From an uncultured Planctomycetota bacterium (GTDB lineage Bacteria; Planctomycetota; Planctomycetia; Gemmatales; Gemmataceae): a stretch of 64,000 bases of DNA. Under the pieces are notes generated by a model. That model saw nothing but the letters and a program-made list of their open reading frames with translations, was not told the DNA's origin and ran no database searches. Numbering within the stretch: the stretch's first letter is position 1; each line of letters opens with the position of its first letter. Location of the stretch: assembly GCA_963849325.1 (NCBI GenBank), contig CAWKHF010000012.1:800001-864000 (forward strand), written 5' to 3'. Made by a program: the position numbers and the translations under genes. This document shows positions 22,608 to 34,257 of the stretch, piece after piece.

Positions 22608-24403
22608 ATGCCGTCGCGGATCGAAGATTATGCCTTGATTGGCGATTGTGAAACGGCGGGCCTGGTGGCGCGAGACGGTTCGCTGGACTGGCTGTGCCTG
22701 CCACGATTCGACTCCGGAGCCTGCTTCGCGGCCCTCCTGGGCACGCCGGAACATGGACGCTGGCAGATCGCTCCCGCCGGCGAGGTCAAGAAGGTCCAGC
22801 GCCAGTACCGCGACGGCACGATCATCCTGGAAACCACCTTCGAGACGTCCGAGGGCGTCGTCACTCTTATCGACGGCATGGCTGTCCGCGCCGAGCATCC
22901 GGTCTTGATCCGCTGTGTCCGCGGCGAACGGGGGCAAGTCCCCATGCGCTTGCACCTGGTCATCCGCTTCGATTACGGTTCGATCGTCCCGTGGGTGACG
23001 CGGTTGGAGGAGGGCGGCATTCGTGCTGTCGCCGGACCCGATACCCTCTTCATCCGCACTCCGATCGCGCTGCGCGGCGAGAACCACAGCACGGTGGCGG
23101 AGTTCACCGTCTCGGAGGGTGAGCAGGTGCCGTTCATGCTCTCCTGGAACCCCTCCCACGAGAAAGGTCTTCCTCCCGACGATCCGATGAAGGTCCTCGC
23201 CAAGACGGAGAAGTCGTGGCGCAAGTGGTCGAAGGGCTGTACCTGCGCCGGCCCGTGGGCCGGACCCATGCGGCGTTCACTGTTGATCCTCAAGGCGCTG
23301 ACCTACGCTCCGACGGGCGGCGTGGTGGCGGCGGTGACCGCGTCGCTGCCCGAGCAACTAGGCGGCCAGCGCAACTGGGATTATCGCCTGTGCTGGCTGC
23401 GCGACGCCACCTTCACCCTGTACGCGCTGATGGCGGCCGGCTACAAGGACGAGGCGCGGGCCTGGCGCCAGTGGGTGCTGCGCGCGGCGGCGGGCAATCC
23501 CGATAAGCTCCAGATCATGTACGGACTGGGCGGCGAACGCCGCCTCAGCGAATGGGAGGTGGACTGGCTGCCCGGCTACGAAAACTCGCGGCCCGTCCGC
23601 GTCGGCAACGGCGCCTTCCAGCAGTTCCAACTCGATGTCTACGGCGAACTGCTCGACTCGATGTATCAGTCGCGGCGCATCGGCGTCGAGCCGGAGCAAG
23701 CCGCCTGGAACCTGGAGGTCAATCTGCTGGAGTTCCTCGAAGCGCGCCTGGAAGGAGCCGGACGAGGGCATCTGGGAAGTCCGTGGGCCGCGCCGCCACT
23801 TCACGCATTCCAAGGTCATGGCCTGGGTCGCCTTCGACCGCGCCGTCAAGTCGGTCGAGAAATTCGGCGTGGAAGGCTCCGCCGAGCAATGGGGCGACGC
23901 TGCGCGATGCCATTCACCGCGAAGTTTGTGCCCGGGGCTTCGACAAGGACGTTAACTCGTTTGTGCAGTATTACGGCTCGAAAGAGCCGGACGCCAGCCT
24001 GCTGATGGTCCCGCTCGTGGGGTTCCTTCCGGCGGATGACCCGCGCGTCGCCGGCACCGTCGCCTGCATTGAGCGCGAGTTGCTGCATGACGGCTTCGTC
24101 CGCCGCTACAACACGCACGCCGAGGTCGATGGTCTGCCGCCGGGCGAGGGAGCCTTTCTGCCCTGCACGTTCTGGTTGGCCGATAATTACGTCCTGCTCG
24201 GCCGGCAGCGCGAGGCCGAGGATGTCTTTCAGCGCCTGCTCGGCCTGTGCAACGACGTCGGCCTGCTGTCCGAGGAGTACGACCCGGTGGCGAAGCGGCT
24301 CGTCGGCAACTTTCCGCAGGCTTTCACGCACGTCGGGCTTATCAACACCGCCATGAACCTGAGCCGGCAGACGAATAACCCCGCCGAGCATCGCAAAGAT
24401 TGA
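22608..24403 (+). CDS. glycoside hydrolase family 15 (trehalase/glucoamylase-like); frameshifts near 23745 and 23895
   Basis: [52 protein letters not shown]. Confidence 0.9.
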
Positions 24404-24418
24404 GGATCGCAAAACGCC

Positions 24419-24475
24419 TCCGAGCCTGAAGCGTAAGCGAAGAGCAACCTTCTTCGCTTACGCTTCAGGCTCGGA
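24419..24475. repeat. REP-like palindrome, main family; supplies the stop codon of the convergent gene
   Basis: tccgagcctgaagcgtaagcgaag...cttcgcttacgcttcaggctcgga. Confidence 0.9.
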
Positions 24476-25854
24476 CCTCCAGCAACCTCCGCAGGACGAG
24501 GTCCCGCACCGCCGTCATCGGCAAGTCGGCCGCCTCGGGAGCCGGCCCCTCGCCGATGAGCAAGGGTCGGTCCTGAACGTCGGCTGCCGGCAGGCCGTGA
24601 CTGCCGCGCACCAGGCCCGTGTCGAGCGGCACCACATCGAACAGGGTGCGAAAGCCGAGTTTCTTCTGGATGAGGCGCCACATCGCTCGCCCCCTGGGCC
24701 AAAGCAACCGCGGATCGAAGAACAGCTCGCAGGGATCGAAGCCGGGCTTGCGATGGATGTCCACCGTGCGCGCGTAGTCGGGCGCCTGCCGATCGTCGAG
24801 CCAGAACGGATACGCGAACCAGGCATCGGCGTCGGCCAGGGCGATCAGCTCGCCGGAACGCTCGTGGCGCAGGTGAATCTCCTCGCGCTCCTCGCCGTCG
24901 AGGAGGCGCGCCACGCCCTTGAGTCCGGCGAGCACGTCGCGCACGCGCGGCCGGTCGGCGTCCTCGGCGACGTAGACGTGAGCGAGTTGATGATCGCACA
25001 CGGCGAAGGCGCGGCTGGTGAAGGTGTCGAGGTTTTCGCCGAATGGGCCAGGCCGCACCGTCAGCAGTCCCGCCTCGCGCAGTGCTCGATTGGGCAGCAC
25101 CGCCCGGTTGACCTGCACGTGTCCGTATTCGCTGACGACCCACACCCGCGCTCCGGCGGCGCGGGCGGCGTCGAGCAGCGGGACACAAGCCTGGTCCAAC
25201 TCTCCCGTCAGACGGCGCATGTCGCAGCCTTGCGGGGCCGAAGCGCTGCGGATCGTAATCGAGGTGCGGCAGGTAAACGAGCGTCAGATCGGGCCGCTCG
25301 CGCCGCAGCACCTCGGCGGTGCAGCGCGCGATCCACTCCGTACAGGGCAGCCCCGCCATCGGTCCCCAGAACGACGGAAAGGGAAAAGGGCCGAGCGTCT
25401 TTTCGAGCTGTTCCGTCAGACCTGGCGGCGTGCCGGTGATGCCGAATGCCTTGTTGCCGTCGGCGCCGTAGTACGGCTTGGGCGTGACGCTGATCTCGAC
25501 CGCCGCCCCCTGGTTGAACCACCAGAACAGCTTGGCGCAGCGAAAGGACCGTCCGACTTCGGCGGCGCGCCGCCGGGCCGTGACGTACAACGGTTCCGCC
25601 TGCAGGAGACGATTGGACTGCTGCCAGAAGCGGACCTCGCCGGTGTCGCGTGCCAGCCAGCCGTTGGCGACGATGCCGTGCCGCTGCGGCGTCTGTCCCG
25701 TCAGCAAGGTCGCCTGGGCCGTGCAAGTGACAGCCGGCACGACTTCTCGCAGAGGATGCATCCAGCCGGCGTCTGCCAGCGCCTGCAAACGCGGCGCGAA
25801 CGGCAGCAGGCGAGGCGTCAGGCCGACAGCGTTGATCCACACCAGGGGAACCAT
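24465..25854 (-). CDS. alkaline phosphatase/nucleotide pyrophosphatase family protein (EboF-like); frameshift near 25230
   Basis: PAVTCTAQAT, HGIVANGW, FWQQSN, YLPHLDY, VSEYG, VDIHRKPGFDP, RGSHG. Confidence 0.75.
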
Positions 25855-25871
25855 GTCATGAAAACCCTACC

Positions 25872-25920
25872 GAGCCCGCAGCGTCAGCGAGGGACATTCC
25901 CTCGCTTACGCTGCGGGCTC
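25872..25920. repeat. REP-like palindrome; overlaps the antiporter stop codon
   Basis: gagcccgcagcgtcagcgaggga...tccctcgcttacgctgcgggctc. Confidence 0.85.
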
Positions 25921-27375
25921 CGAGTCGAGCCGGGCCTTGACGCGAGTGAACGCTTCGTCTTCCGCCAGGGCCAGCAGAGTGTCTCCCGCGGCCAACGTCG
26001 TTCCGCCGCTGGGCACGAGATACTCGCTGCCGCGGGCGATCAGCACAATCAGGAACTCCGGCGGAAGATGCAAGGCGACGAGCGACTGACCGACTACCGG
26101 CGAATCCGCCGGAATGGTCAACTCCTTGAGTTCGCTCCGGAGGCCGCTAACGGGATTGTACTCGAGCGGGAAGGTACGATGAGGAACGATGGGCGCGGAC
26201 AGGCGCAGCCATCGGGCCACAAGAGGCAAGGACGTCCCTTGCACCAGCACGGACGTCAACACCACGAAAAACACCACGTTGAACAGGAAGTCGGCGTGAG
26301 GGGCTTTCGCCAAAAGAGGGAAGGTCGCCAGCACGATGGGCACCGCCCCGCGCAGACCGCCCCAGGCGATGAAGATCTTTTCGCGCACGTTCAGCGCCGT
26401 CGGAAGAAGGCAGACGAACACGCTGAGCGGACGGGCGAGAAACAACAGCCACGCCGAGGCCAGCAGGCCCGGCCCGATCACCGGGACGAGGCGCGAGGGG
26501 AATACCAGCAGACCCAGCGTCAGGAACATGGCGATCTGCATTAGCCAGGCCATGCCGTCATGAAAGCGGAGGAGGCTCCGCTTGTGCAGGAACGTGCGAT
26601 TGCCGACGAGGATGCCAGCCAGGTAAACGGCCAGGAAACCGTTGCCGCCGATCAGGTTCGTGAGACTGTACGTCACCAGCACCAGCGACAGCGTCAGGAC
26701 GGGATAGAGTCCCTCGTACCCCAGGTGGAGGCGGTTGACGAGGAACACGATGCCCTGGCCCATGACGTAGCCGGCGATGGCACCCAGCGGCATCTGGAGT
26801 CCGAACAGGAGCAGCAGCGACGCGGGCGAGAGATCGGGTTGGGTGAGCATTTGCAAGAAGCCGACCGTCAGGAGGGCCGCCATCGGGTCGTTGCTGCCGG
26901 ACTCCAGTTCCAGCAGGGGCTTGAGCTGTCCTTGGAGGCCGACGTTCTTCGAGCGCAGGATGGAAAACACGGCCGCCGCGTCGGTCGAGGAGACGATGGC
27001 TCCCAGCAGCAAGCCCTCCCGCATGGATAGTCCGAGAAACAGGCGTGCGAAGAGCCCGAAGACCAGTGCCGTGAGCAGGACGCCGAGCGTGGCCAGGACC
27101 ATGCCGTACTTGAGTACCGGCCGGACGTCGTACCAGTTCGTCTCCAACCCGCCGGCGAACAGGATGAGCGCGAGGGCCGCAGCGCCGAGAAATTGAGCGA
27201 GGGCTGCGTCGTCAAAGTAGACGCCGCCCGGCCCCTCCGAGCCGGCGAGCATGCCCAGCACCAGGAACAGGACCAGGGCAGGGACGCCGAACCGATCGGA
27301 AACCTTGCTGGCGAGAACACTCAGCAGAAGGATTACGGATAGGCCCAGGAGTTGATAGTCAATGAGGGAACCCAT
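25906..27375 (-). CDS. cvrA: potassium/proton antiporter (CvrA/NhaP2) with C-terminal TrkA_C domain
   Basis: SSTDAAAVFS, LELESGSNDP, GGNGFLAVY, WGGLRGAVPI. Confidence 0.9.
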   Translation of the reverse strand: MGSLIDYQLLGLSVILLLSVLASKVSDRFGVPALVLFLVLGMLAGSEGPGGVYFDDAALAQFLGAAALALILFAGGLETNWYDVRPVLKYGMVLATLGVLLTALVFGLFARLFLGLSMREGLLLGAIVSSTDAAAVFSILRSKNVGLQGQLKPLLELESGSNDPMAALLTVGFLQMLTQPDLSPASLLLLFGLQMPLGAIAGYVMGQGIVFLVNRLHLGYEGLYPVLTLSLVLVTYSLTNLIGGNGFLAVYLAGILVGNRTFLHKRSLLRFHDGMAWLMQIAMFLTLGLLVFPSRLVPVIGPGLLASAWLLFLARPLSVFVCLLPTALNVREKIFIAWGGLRGAVPIVLATFPLLAKAPHADFLFNVVFFVVLTSVLVQGTSLPLVARWLRLSAPIVPHRTFPLEYNPVSGLRSELKELTIPADSPVVGQSLVALHLPPEFLIVLIARGSEYLVPSGGTTLAAGDTLLALAEDEAFTRVKARLDSEPAA

Positions 27376-27476
27376 AGCATCCGAATCATCGAGATCCTGT
27401 CGAGGTCCGCAGTGTCAGCGCGGGACGTTCCCTCGCGGAGGCTGCGCGACCCGATAGATAACGTATTCGGCGGCCG

Positions 27477-27962
27477 TCAGGACGGCGGGGTCTGCCCGCG
27501 AGCATCCGCCAGTCGCTGCAAGCCTTCGCCCACCGGTACGTTGATGAACAGACAATAGAGCATGTCTTCACCCGTGTTGCGCAACTCGTGCTCGGCGCCG
27601 GGCGCGACGTAGATCACGTCTTCCGCCGTGATGGCGTGCGGCTGGCCGTCGAGGTAGAACGTGCCGCGGCCGCGCAGGATGACCACCAACTCCTCGGCGT
27701 CGGGGTGGACGTGCAACTCGGCGACGTGACGGCCGCCCGGCGGGATGGCCATGTGATGGACGAACTGGATGGTGCGCAGACAGGTCCGCTCGGCTGACGC
27801 CTCCGTCTCGTACAGCCGCCGCACCGGCGCCGGCCGCTGGCTGCGGTCTACCCAATTCCCCTGTTCATCACGCATGCAGTAGCGAATGACACGATGGGGG
27901 TTGTTGAACAAGAGACTCTGAATGCAGCCGTAAACCTGGTTCTTCCAGTTGGCGATGGTCAT
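27477..27962 (-). CDS. cupin-domain protein
   Basis: HVHPDAEE...G and APGAEHELRN cupin motifs; ATG overlaps the upstream stop. Confidence 0.8.
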   Translation of the reverse strand: MTIANWKNQVYGCIQSLLFNNPHRVIRYCMRDEQGNWVDRSQRPAPVRRLYETEASAERTCLRTIQFVHHMAIPPGGRHVAELHVHPDAEELVVILRGRGTFYLDGQPHAITAEDVIYVAPGAEHELRNTGEDMLYCLFINVPVGEGLQRLADARGQTPPS

Positions 27963-28783
27963 GGGACGGAGGGCCTTTCTTGTGTTGCGGCGTTGTTTGT
28001 TGGCACCTCTTGGCCAATAGCTTGCGTGAGCCGGAAGCAGCCCATGAATAGAAGCAGCAGCCCGCCGACGGTCCCGAGGAGCAAGAACAATGTTCCCCAG
28101 AGTCCATCTCGAGGATCGAGCATCTTTACCAACGTCCGGGACAGTTGCTGCATCCCCTGTAAGCCAGGTCCATTGATGCTGGCGATACCGTACATCATGA
28201 GCAGGAACCATCCGGAAACCGCCTCGAACGAATGACCGAGGATCATGAACAAGATCGCATGGAGGAAGTTTGTACTTGGAGACTGCTTCATCTTCGTCCG
28301 CACGTCCACGGCAGCGGCTTGTTCGTAGACATGGCGAAAGGCTTCGGCTCGACTTCCACCCTCGCCGCGGATGATCTTCTCATCCTTCACGCCGGTGACG
28401 ATCCAAAAGGCCGAACTGCGTGTATCCTGAATCGACCAGCCAGTCCGGCTCAGGTGGTTTAATAATTCTTCGGCTCTCACTTCAGTTCGGCGAGATGGGA
28501 ATAACTTCCAACTCACGAAACCCGCAAGAGCGAACAATCCAAGGTTCATCAAGGTGGGGATCCCGATCACGAGCGGGAATTCGTAATCCGCGGGGACGTT
28601 GGGCAATGACAGCAAGTCGATCACGGGGAGTAGCAGCAGGACGGAGGGAAGTATCAAAAAGCCGATGATGAAATCAAATGGTCCGCGACTCGCTCCGAAT
28701 CCTCCCTGCATCAAAAACAAGATCGTGGCGAGAAACCCGCCGAAAGCGGGAAAGGCCATGAAAGTGAGGACTCTTCGACGCAT
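27959..28783 (-). CDS. hypothetical multi-pass membrane protein
   Basis: Several hydrophobic helices flanking a soluble segment; visibly lower GC. Confidence 0.6.
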   Translation of the reverse strand: MRRRVLTFMAFPAFGGFLATILFLMQGGFGASRGPFDFIIGFLILPSVLLLLPVIDLLSLPNVPADYEFPLVIGIPTLMNLGLFALAGFVSWKLFPSRRTEVRAEELLNHLSRTGWSIQDTRSSAFWIVTGVKDEKIIRGEGGSRAEAFRHVYEQAAAVDVRTKMKQSPSTNFLHAILFMILGHSFEAVSGWFLLMMYGIASINGPGLQGMQQLSRTLVKMLDPRDGLWGTLFLLLGTVGGLLLLFMGCFRLTQAIGQEVPTNNAATQERPSVP

Positions 28784-28798
28784 GGGAGTATTCCGCTC

Positions 28799-30460
28799 TC
28801 AAGCTGTCTTCTCGGCCGCGGCCTCGTGCAAGTTCAGCAACTCGACGGCCATCTGCCGCAGGCGAAACTTCTGGATCTTGCCGGTCACGGTCATGGGAAA
28901 CGTCTCGACGAAACGCCAGAAGCGCGGCACCTTGTAGGCGGCCAAGTGGGTCCGGCAGTAGCCGGTCAGGTCTAGCTCGTTCAGTTCCGCGCTGGGCCGC
29001 GAGCGGACCCAGGCCATGACCTCCTCGCCGTACTTGCGGCTGGGCACGCCGATGACCTGCGCCTCGCTGACATCGGGATGACTGACCAGCACTTCCTCGA
29101 TCTCGCGCGGCGAGATGTTCTCGCCGCCGCGGATAATCATGTCCTTGAGTCGGCCGACGATGTGAACGTAGCCGGATTCCTCCATGACGGCCAGGTCGCC
29201 GGAGTGCATCCAGCCGGCCGCGTCGATGGCGGCGGTCGTCGCCGCCTCGTCGTTCCAGTAGCCGCGCATGACGCTGTAGCCGCGCGTGCAGAACTCGCCG
29301 GCGACGCCGCGCGGCACGACGCGGCCCGTCGCCGGATCGCGGACGCCGATTTCCAGGTGCGGCTGCACCCGGCCCACCGTGCTCACGCGGCGTTCCAGCG
29401 GATCGTCCAGGGCGCTCAGCGTCGAGATGGGCGACGTCTCCGTCATGCCGTAGCCGATCGCCACTTCCGGCATGTGCAGGCGTTCGACCACCTCTTTCAT
29501 CAGCTCGATCGGGCACGGAGCGCCGGCCATGATGCCGGTGCGCAGCGACGAGCAGTCGAAGCGGTCGAACGCAGGATGTTCGAGGACGGCGCGGAACATC
29601 GTCGGCACGCCGTAGAGCGAGGTACAGCGCTCGGCCTGGATCGTTTGCAGCACGGTGCAAGCGTGGAAGCATTCGCTGGGATAGACCATGCAGGCGCCGT
29701 GCGCCGTGCAGGCAAGGTTGCCTAGAACCATCCCAAAACAGTGATAAAGAGGGACGGGAATGCGCGATACGGTCGCGTTCGCTGTAGCCCAGGGCCAAGC
29801 CGATGAAATAGCCGTTGTTGAGGATGTTGTGATGCGTCAGCGTCGCCCCCTTGGGCGAGCCCGTGGTGCCGGAGGTGTACTGGATGTTGATGGGGTCGTC
29901 GCATTGCAGCTCCGCCTCGCGCCGCTCCACGTCCGCGAGGTCCACCGCTCTCCCCGAGCGCAGGAAGCCGTCCCAGTCGGTATCGAGCGCGAAGGCGTGG
30001 CGCAGCGCGGGGCAGCGTGGCCGCACGGCTTCGAGCATGGGCGCATACGGCGTCTGCCGAAAGCCGCGGCCGTGCAAGAGCACGCTACACCGGACTTGTC
30101 GCAGGACGTATTCCAGCTCGTTGGCCTGGTAGGCGGGGTTGACGTTGACGAGGATGGCGCCGACGCGGGCGGTGGCGTACTGAAGGACGACCCACTCGTG
30201 GCGGTTGGCGGCCCAGATGCCGACGCGGTCGCCGGCGGCGACGCCGAGAGCGAGCAGGCCGCGAGCGGCATCGGTGGTCGCGTCCCACAGCTGCCGATAG
30301 GTGGCGCGATAATCCTGCGAGCGGACGACCAGCGCTTCGCAGTCGCCGTGGCGCGACGACGGTGTCGCGCAGGTTGTCGCCGATGGTTTGCCCGAGCAGG
30401 GGCGTCACGACTCGTGCCGTGGGCGTAGGACAACGAGACGCCGTGCGATGTGCCATCCAT
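28799..30460 (-). CDS. AMP-binding acyl-CoA synthetase (several frameshifts)
   Basis: YTSGTTGSPKG, YGMTETSP, HSGDL, GRLKDMIIRGGEN, TGKIQK. Confidence 0.9.
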
Positions 30461-30594
30461 GGGAACGTCTCACGATTGAGGCCACGGACAGGACGAGACG
30501 CGCCGGCCGGTTCGTCCGGCCGGCGGTCCTATCCGAAGATGGCCGACATCATCGCAAAGGCGGTCGCATCGTGCAACCGGAGCCGCATAATCCT

Positions 30595-30664
30595 TCCGAG
30601 CCTGAAGCGTAGGCGAAGAGTGGTCTTCGCGAAGACCACTCTTCGCTTACGCTTCAGGCTCGGA
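30595..30664. repeat. REP-like palindrome, main family, with extended stem
   Basis: tccgagcctgaagcgtaggcgaagagtggtcttcg / cgaagaccactcttcgcttacgcttcaggctcgga. Confidence 0.9.
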
Positions 30665-30672
30665 CAACAACC

Positions 30673-32157
30673 TTACTTTTTCGCCGGCGGTGAGGCGGCG
30701 ACGTGCAAACCGGGCGAAGCGTTGAACGCTTTCACCAGGCTGCCGTCGGCGACCTTCCACAGACGCACCTCACCATCGAAGGCGCCCGAGGCAATCAGGT
30801 TGCCGTCGGGGCTGACGGCCAGGGCGTACACGTAATCGCCGTGCCCGCTCAGTGTGCGCACGGCCGCGCCCTTGTCCGCGTTCCAGACACGCACGGTCTG
30901 GTCGGCGCTGCACGTCACCAGCAGCGGCTCCTTGGGATGCACCGCCAGCTTGAGGATAACTTTGCTGTGACCGCCGGAAGTGCGAACCTGCTTGCCCTCC
31001 GGGGCGGCGGTCCACGTCCGTAACTGATTGTCCTCGCCAACCGAGAAGCCGAACTTGCCGTCGGACTTGATCGCCACGGCGTAGACGGGATTCTGATGAT
31101 CCGGGAAGGTCAGAATGGATTCCTTGGCGGCCAGGTCCCAGAGCTTGGCCGTCTTGTCGCGGCTGGCGGTGGCCAGGCGCTTGCCGTCGGGCGTGAAGGC
31201 GACGCCGAAGACCCAGTCGGCGTGGTTCTCGATGGACGGTCCCTCCTTGACGTTGGCGTAACCGCCGCTGAGGTCCCAGACGTGGACGAGGCGATCGCAG
31301 CCGCCCGAGGCGAGCTTCTTGCCGTCGGCGCTGAGGGCCAGGCACAGTACCTCGTCGTCGGCGTCGAGCAGTTGCTTGACCATCACGGCCTTGTCGTGAA
31401 CGCCGTCGAGCACGGCGATGCCGTTGACGTTCTTGGCCGTGCCGCCGCCCAGATCGTAGATGCGCACGTCGCCTTCTTCGCCGGGCCGGCCGCCGGCGAC
31501 AGCCAGCTTGCCGTCGGGCAGGAATACCATCGCCATCGCTCGCCGTGCCCGCGTGGAAATGCGCTTCTCCAGCTTGCCGCTGGCCACGTCCCAGACGGTC
31601 AGCTCGTGGTGGCCGCTGACGACCAGTTTCTTGTTGTCCGGCGTGAACGCGACGGCCGTCACCGTGACGGGGAAGGGATAGGCGACCGGCGGCGCCGGCG
31701 GCTGCCAGCGCAGGCGCAGCTCGCGCAGCAGGTCGGACTCCGGCTTGAGGCCGGCGTCGAGCTTGGCGCCTTCCTGGATCCAGCGCTCGATCAGTTCGAT
31801 CTTCTCCTTGGGCAGCGGATCGCCGCTCTCCTTGGGCGGCATGCGCTTCTTGTCGGTCGCCGTGAGGACGAGCATGAGGTAGCTGTCGTCAGGTTTGCCG
31901 GGCGCGATGGGGTCGTCCTTGGTGCCGCCCTTGCGGAAGGTTTCGTAGTGGGTCATGTCGAGCTTGCCCTTGGGGTTCTTGGCCCCGTGGCAGCCGAAGC
32001 ATTTTTCCTTGAGGATAGGGGCGACGTCGTTGATGAAGCTGACCGGCCCTTTCGGCGCCGCGGCTTGCGCGGGCTGAGCAGCCAGCAGCATCAACATGGC
32101 CAGCACCGCACCCAGCGCGGCGCACAGAACGCAGAAGCAACGATGAGGTCGATACAT
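30673..32157 (-). CDS. planctomycete cytochrome c domain plus WD40-repeat protein
   Basis: Signal peptide, VSFINDVAPIL..KCFGCH, RMPP, WIQEGA, multiple WD repeats. Confidence 0.9.
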   Translation of the reverse strand: MYRPHRCFCVLCAALGAVLAMLMLLAAQPAQAAAPKGPVSFINDVAPILKEKCFGCHGAKNPKGKLDMTHYETFRKGGTKDDPIAPGKPDDSYLMLVLTATDKKRMPPKESGDPLPKEKIELIERWIQEGAKLDAGLKPESDLLRELRLRWQPPAPPVAYPFPVTVTAVAFTPDNKKLVVSGHHELTVWDVASGKLEKRISTRARRAMAMVFLPDGKLAVAGGRPGEEGDVRIYDLGGGTAKNVNGIAVLDGVHDKAVMVKQLLDADDEVLCLALSADGKKLASGGCDRLVHVWDLSGGYANVKEGPSIENHADWVFGVAFTPDGKRLATASRDKTAKLWDLAAKESILTFPDHQNPVYAVAIKSDGKFGFSVGEDNQLRTWTAAPEGKQVRTSGGHSKVILKLAVHPKEPLLVTCSADQTVRVWNADKGAAVRTLSGHGDYVYALAVSPDGNLIASGAFDGEVRLWKVADGSLVKAFNASPGLHVAASPPAKK

Positions 32158-32342
32158 GAGCGGCAAGCTCCGAGGTAGGAGTCCAGGCAAGGAAATTCGG
32201 CGGGTCCAACGGCACCATTATAGCGGGCCGACCCGCTGAGTGCGAGAAAAAAATGTCCCGGTTTCGCCGACGGCGGCAAACCACGCAGCCCTCGGCGTTG
32301 CCTCGGACAAGCGTGCAGGTATAATGATCGGGAGATGGCGTT

Positions 32343-32416
32343 GTCCCCGTAGCTCAATTGGATAGAGCGTCGGCCTCCGGAGCCGAAGGTTACAGGTTCG
32401 ACTCCTGTCGGGGATA
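32343..32416 (+). tRNA. tRNA-Arg(CCG), canonical
   Basis: GTCCCCG acceptor, TAGCTCAATTGGATAGAGC D arm, TCGGC-CT CCG GA-GCCGA, GTTCGACTC; TATAAT upstream. Confidence 0.95.
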
Positions 32417-32510
32417 CTGAAAAACCGCTTCCGACGACCGAACGGGACCGGCTGTCAGGAGCTTCGGGCAAGGCGAATATCCCCCGAAGTTCTTGGAACC
32501 TAGGGTACCC

Positions 32511-32933
32511 ATGCCAGCAATGGAGATCAGAAAGGTATCCGAGCCCGAGTTGCCGCAGGCGTTCGCCGTTTTACGGGAACTACGGGACCATCTCGACTTG
32601 CTGACGTTCTCGGCGCGTCTGCGACGTCAGTCTGAACACGGCTATTGCCTCTATGGGGCCTTTCAAGGTACCTCCCTTGTCGGTTTAATCGGCATGCGTC
32701 CCGTGGAGACGATGGCTCGTGGTAAACACCTTCACGTCGATGACCTGGTTGCAACCGCAAGCCGGCGCGGGGAGGGGATCGGTACGAAGTTGCTGGCCTT
32801 CGCCGAGCACTACGCATCAAACAATGAACTTACCTCGGTGTTCTTGGATAGCCGGCCAGAAGTAATCGGCTTCTACGAGGAACTCGGTTACTCCCCTCAC
32901 ACGGCGGTGTTGATGCGGAAGAAACTGCCATAA
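32511..32933 (+). CDS. GNAT-family acetyltransferase
   Basis: LHVDDLV...RRGEGIGTKLL, FYEELGY. Confidence 0.85.
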   Translation: MPAMEIRKVSEPELPQAFAVLRELRDHLDLLTFSARLRRQSEHGYCLYGAFQGTSLVGLIGMRPVETMARGKHLHVDDLVATASRRGEGIGTKLLAFAEHYASNNELTSVFLDSRPEVIGFYEELGYSPHTAVLMRKKLP

Positions 32934-33195
32934 CCAGCAGACGACACGCCGAAGCCGAGACCATCAACCGATGCAGCTTCACGCCACCAACGCCGAGGTG
33001 ACGGCGCTCCCGCGTCCCATTGCCCTGAGCGGGCCGCACCGCGGGGGACATGTTCTGCAGGCAAATCTCGACAACGCTCGCCTCCACCAAGTCGGAAAAA
33101 ACACCCGCCGAAGAAAGTCTTTTGAGAATTTGCCCGTAGATGGAAAGTAACCTAGACTCTCAAAAGAAAAGACCAGCGCAAGAGGAAAGAGGCAG

Positions 33196-33777
33196 ATGAG
33201 ACGCCATTTCTGCGAAGAAAGCGGCGCGAAGGTTCGCCGGCGGGGCGTGGCGGCGGTGGAATTCGCCCTTTGCTTGCCGCTGATCGTGCTGCTCATGCTC
33301 GGGGTCTGGGAGGTCGGCCGCATCGCCCAGGTGGCCAACATCCTCTCGAATGGTGCCCGCGAAGCCGCGCGCGACGCCTCCCTGGGACAGGACAATCTTC
33401 AGACCATTGCTTCCAATCAGCTCACCTACCTCCAGGGCGCGCTGTCGGGGGCATTCGGCCAGGGTCATTCAACCAGCATGCAGGCGCCGACGATCTCCTT
33501 GCCCGCGAACACCACCGGATACACCTGCTGGGACAATACCGCCAACCAGGAGCTGTTCACCATCACGTTCACGGACCTCACCACGCCCAGCGTCACCGAC
33601 CCGACGGCGATGCAGCAGCTCGATCACTATCAGATTGGCCTGCAGGTTCCGTATGCCAGTATCGGTTGGAATTCCCTGGCTCAGATTACGTCCGTTACCC
33701 GGATTTCCGTTGTCGTGGATTGGGTCTCCATGCGCGACGCCCCCTTCCAGATTTCGCCGGCGCTACCGGCCCAGTAA
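33196..33777 (+). CDS. tadE: TadE/TadG-like pseudopilin
   Basis: RRRG/VAAVEFAL prepilin motif, TM, GAREAAR. Confidence 0.85.
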   Translation: MRRHFCEESGAKVRRRGVAAVEFALCLPLIVLLMLGVWEVGRIAQVANILSNGAREAARDASLGQDNLQTIASNQLTYLQGALSGAFGQGHSTSMQAPTISLPANTTGYTCWDNTANQELFTITFTDLTTPSVTDPTAMQQLDHYQIGLQVPYASIGWNSLAQITSVTRISVVVDWVSMRDAPFQISPALPAQ

Positions 33778-33807
33778 CCTCTCCCGTGGACGCGAGGAGA
33801 ACAAGTC

Positions 33808-34257
33808 ATGGTTCGCGCACAGGCTTGCGGAAACCGACGCCGAGGCGCCACAGCGGTTGAGACCGCCGTGGTCCTGATTCCGCTGTTAATGTTTCTCTTT
33901 GGCATTTTTGAGTACGGCCGGTTCTTGATGGACTGGAACCTGCTCGATAATGCCACTCGGGAAGGCTGTCGATATGCCTTGGCGAACAACACGAATACCT
34001 CGATCAACGCGAATGTTCAAGCGGTCGTCACCTCTTACATGGCGGGGAGAGACGCGAGTTTCAGTAACTTCACCGTGACCGTCAGCGGGACGCACTCGGG
34101 CGTCTCCACTGCGGTCAACAGTTTAGCTCCCGGCGATCCGATCACCGTTACGGTCTCGGGGCAGTATCGGTTCATGAACATTATTCCGGTGATCTCCATG
34201 CCGAGCTTCGTTTCCTTGAGCAGTTCATCCACGATGATTTGCGAGGGAGGGACCTGA
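33808..34257 (+). CDS. tadE: TadE-like pseudopilin
   Basis: RRRG/ATAVETA, TM, ATREGCRYA. Confidence 0.85.
   Translation: MVRAQACGNRRRGATAVETAVVLIPLLMFLFGIFEYGRFLMDWNLLDNATREGCRYALANNTNTSINANVQAVVTSYMAGRDASFSNFTVTVSGTHSGVSTAVNSLAPGDPITVTVSGQYRFMNIIPVISMPSFVSLSSSSTMICEGGT

Noticed and set aside
20835-24005. 1056-aa ORF as a single protein
   Set aside because: Only the part from 22608 is GH15; the upstream part is an off-frame shadow of the DUF1570 gene
32091-32471. 126-aa minus-strand ORF
   Set aside because: Antisense translation of tRNA-Arg(CCG)
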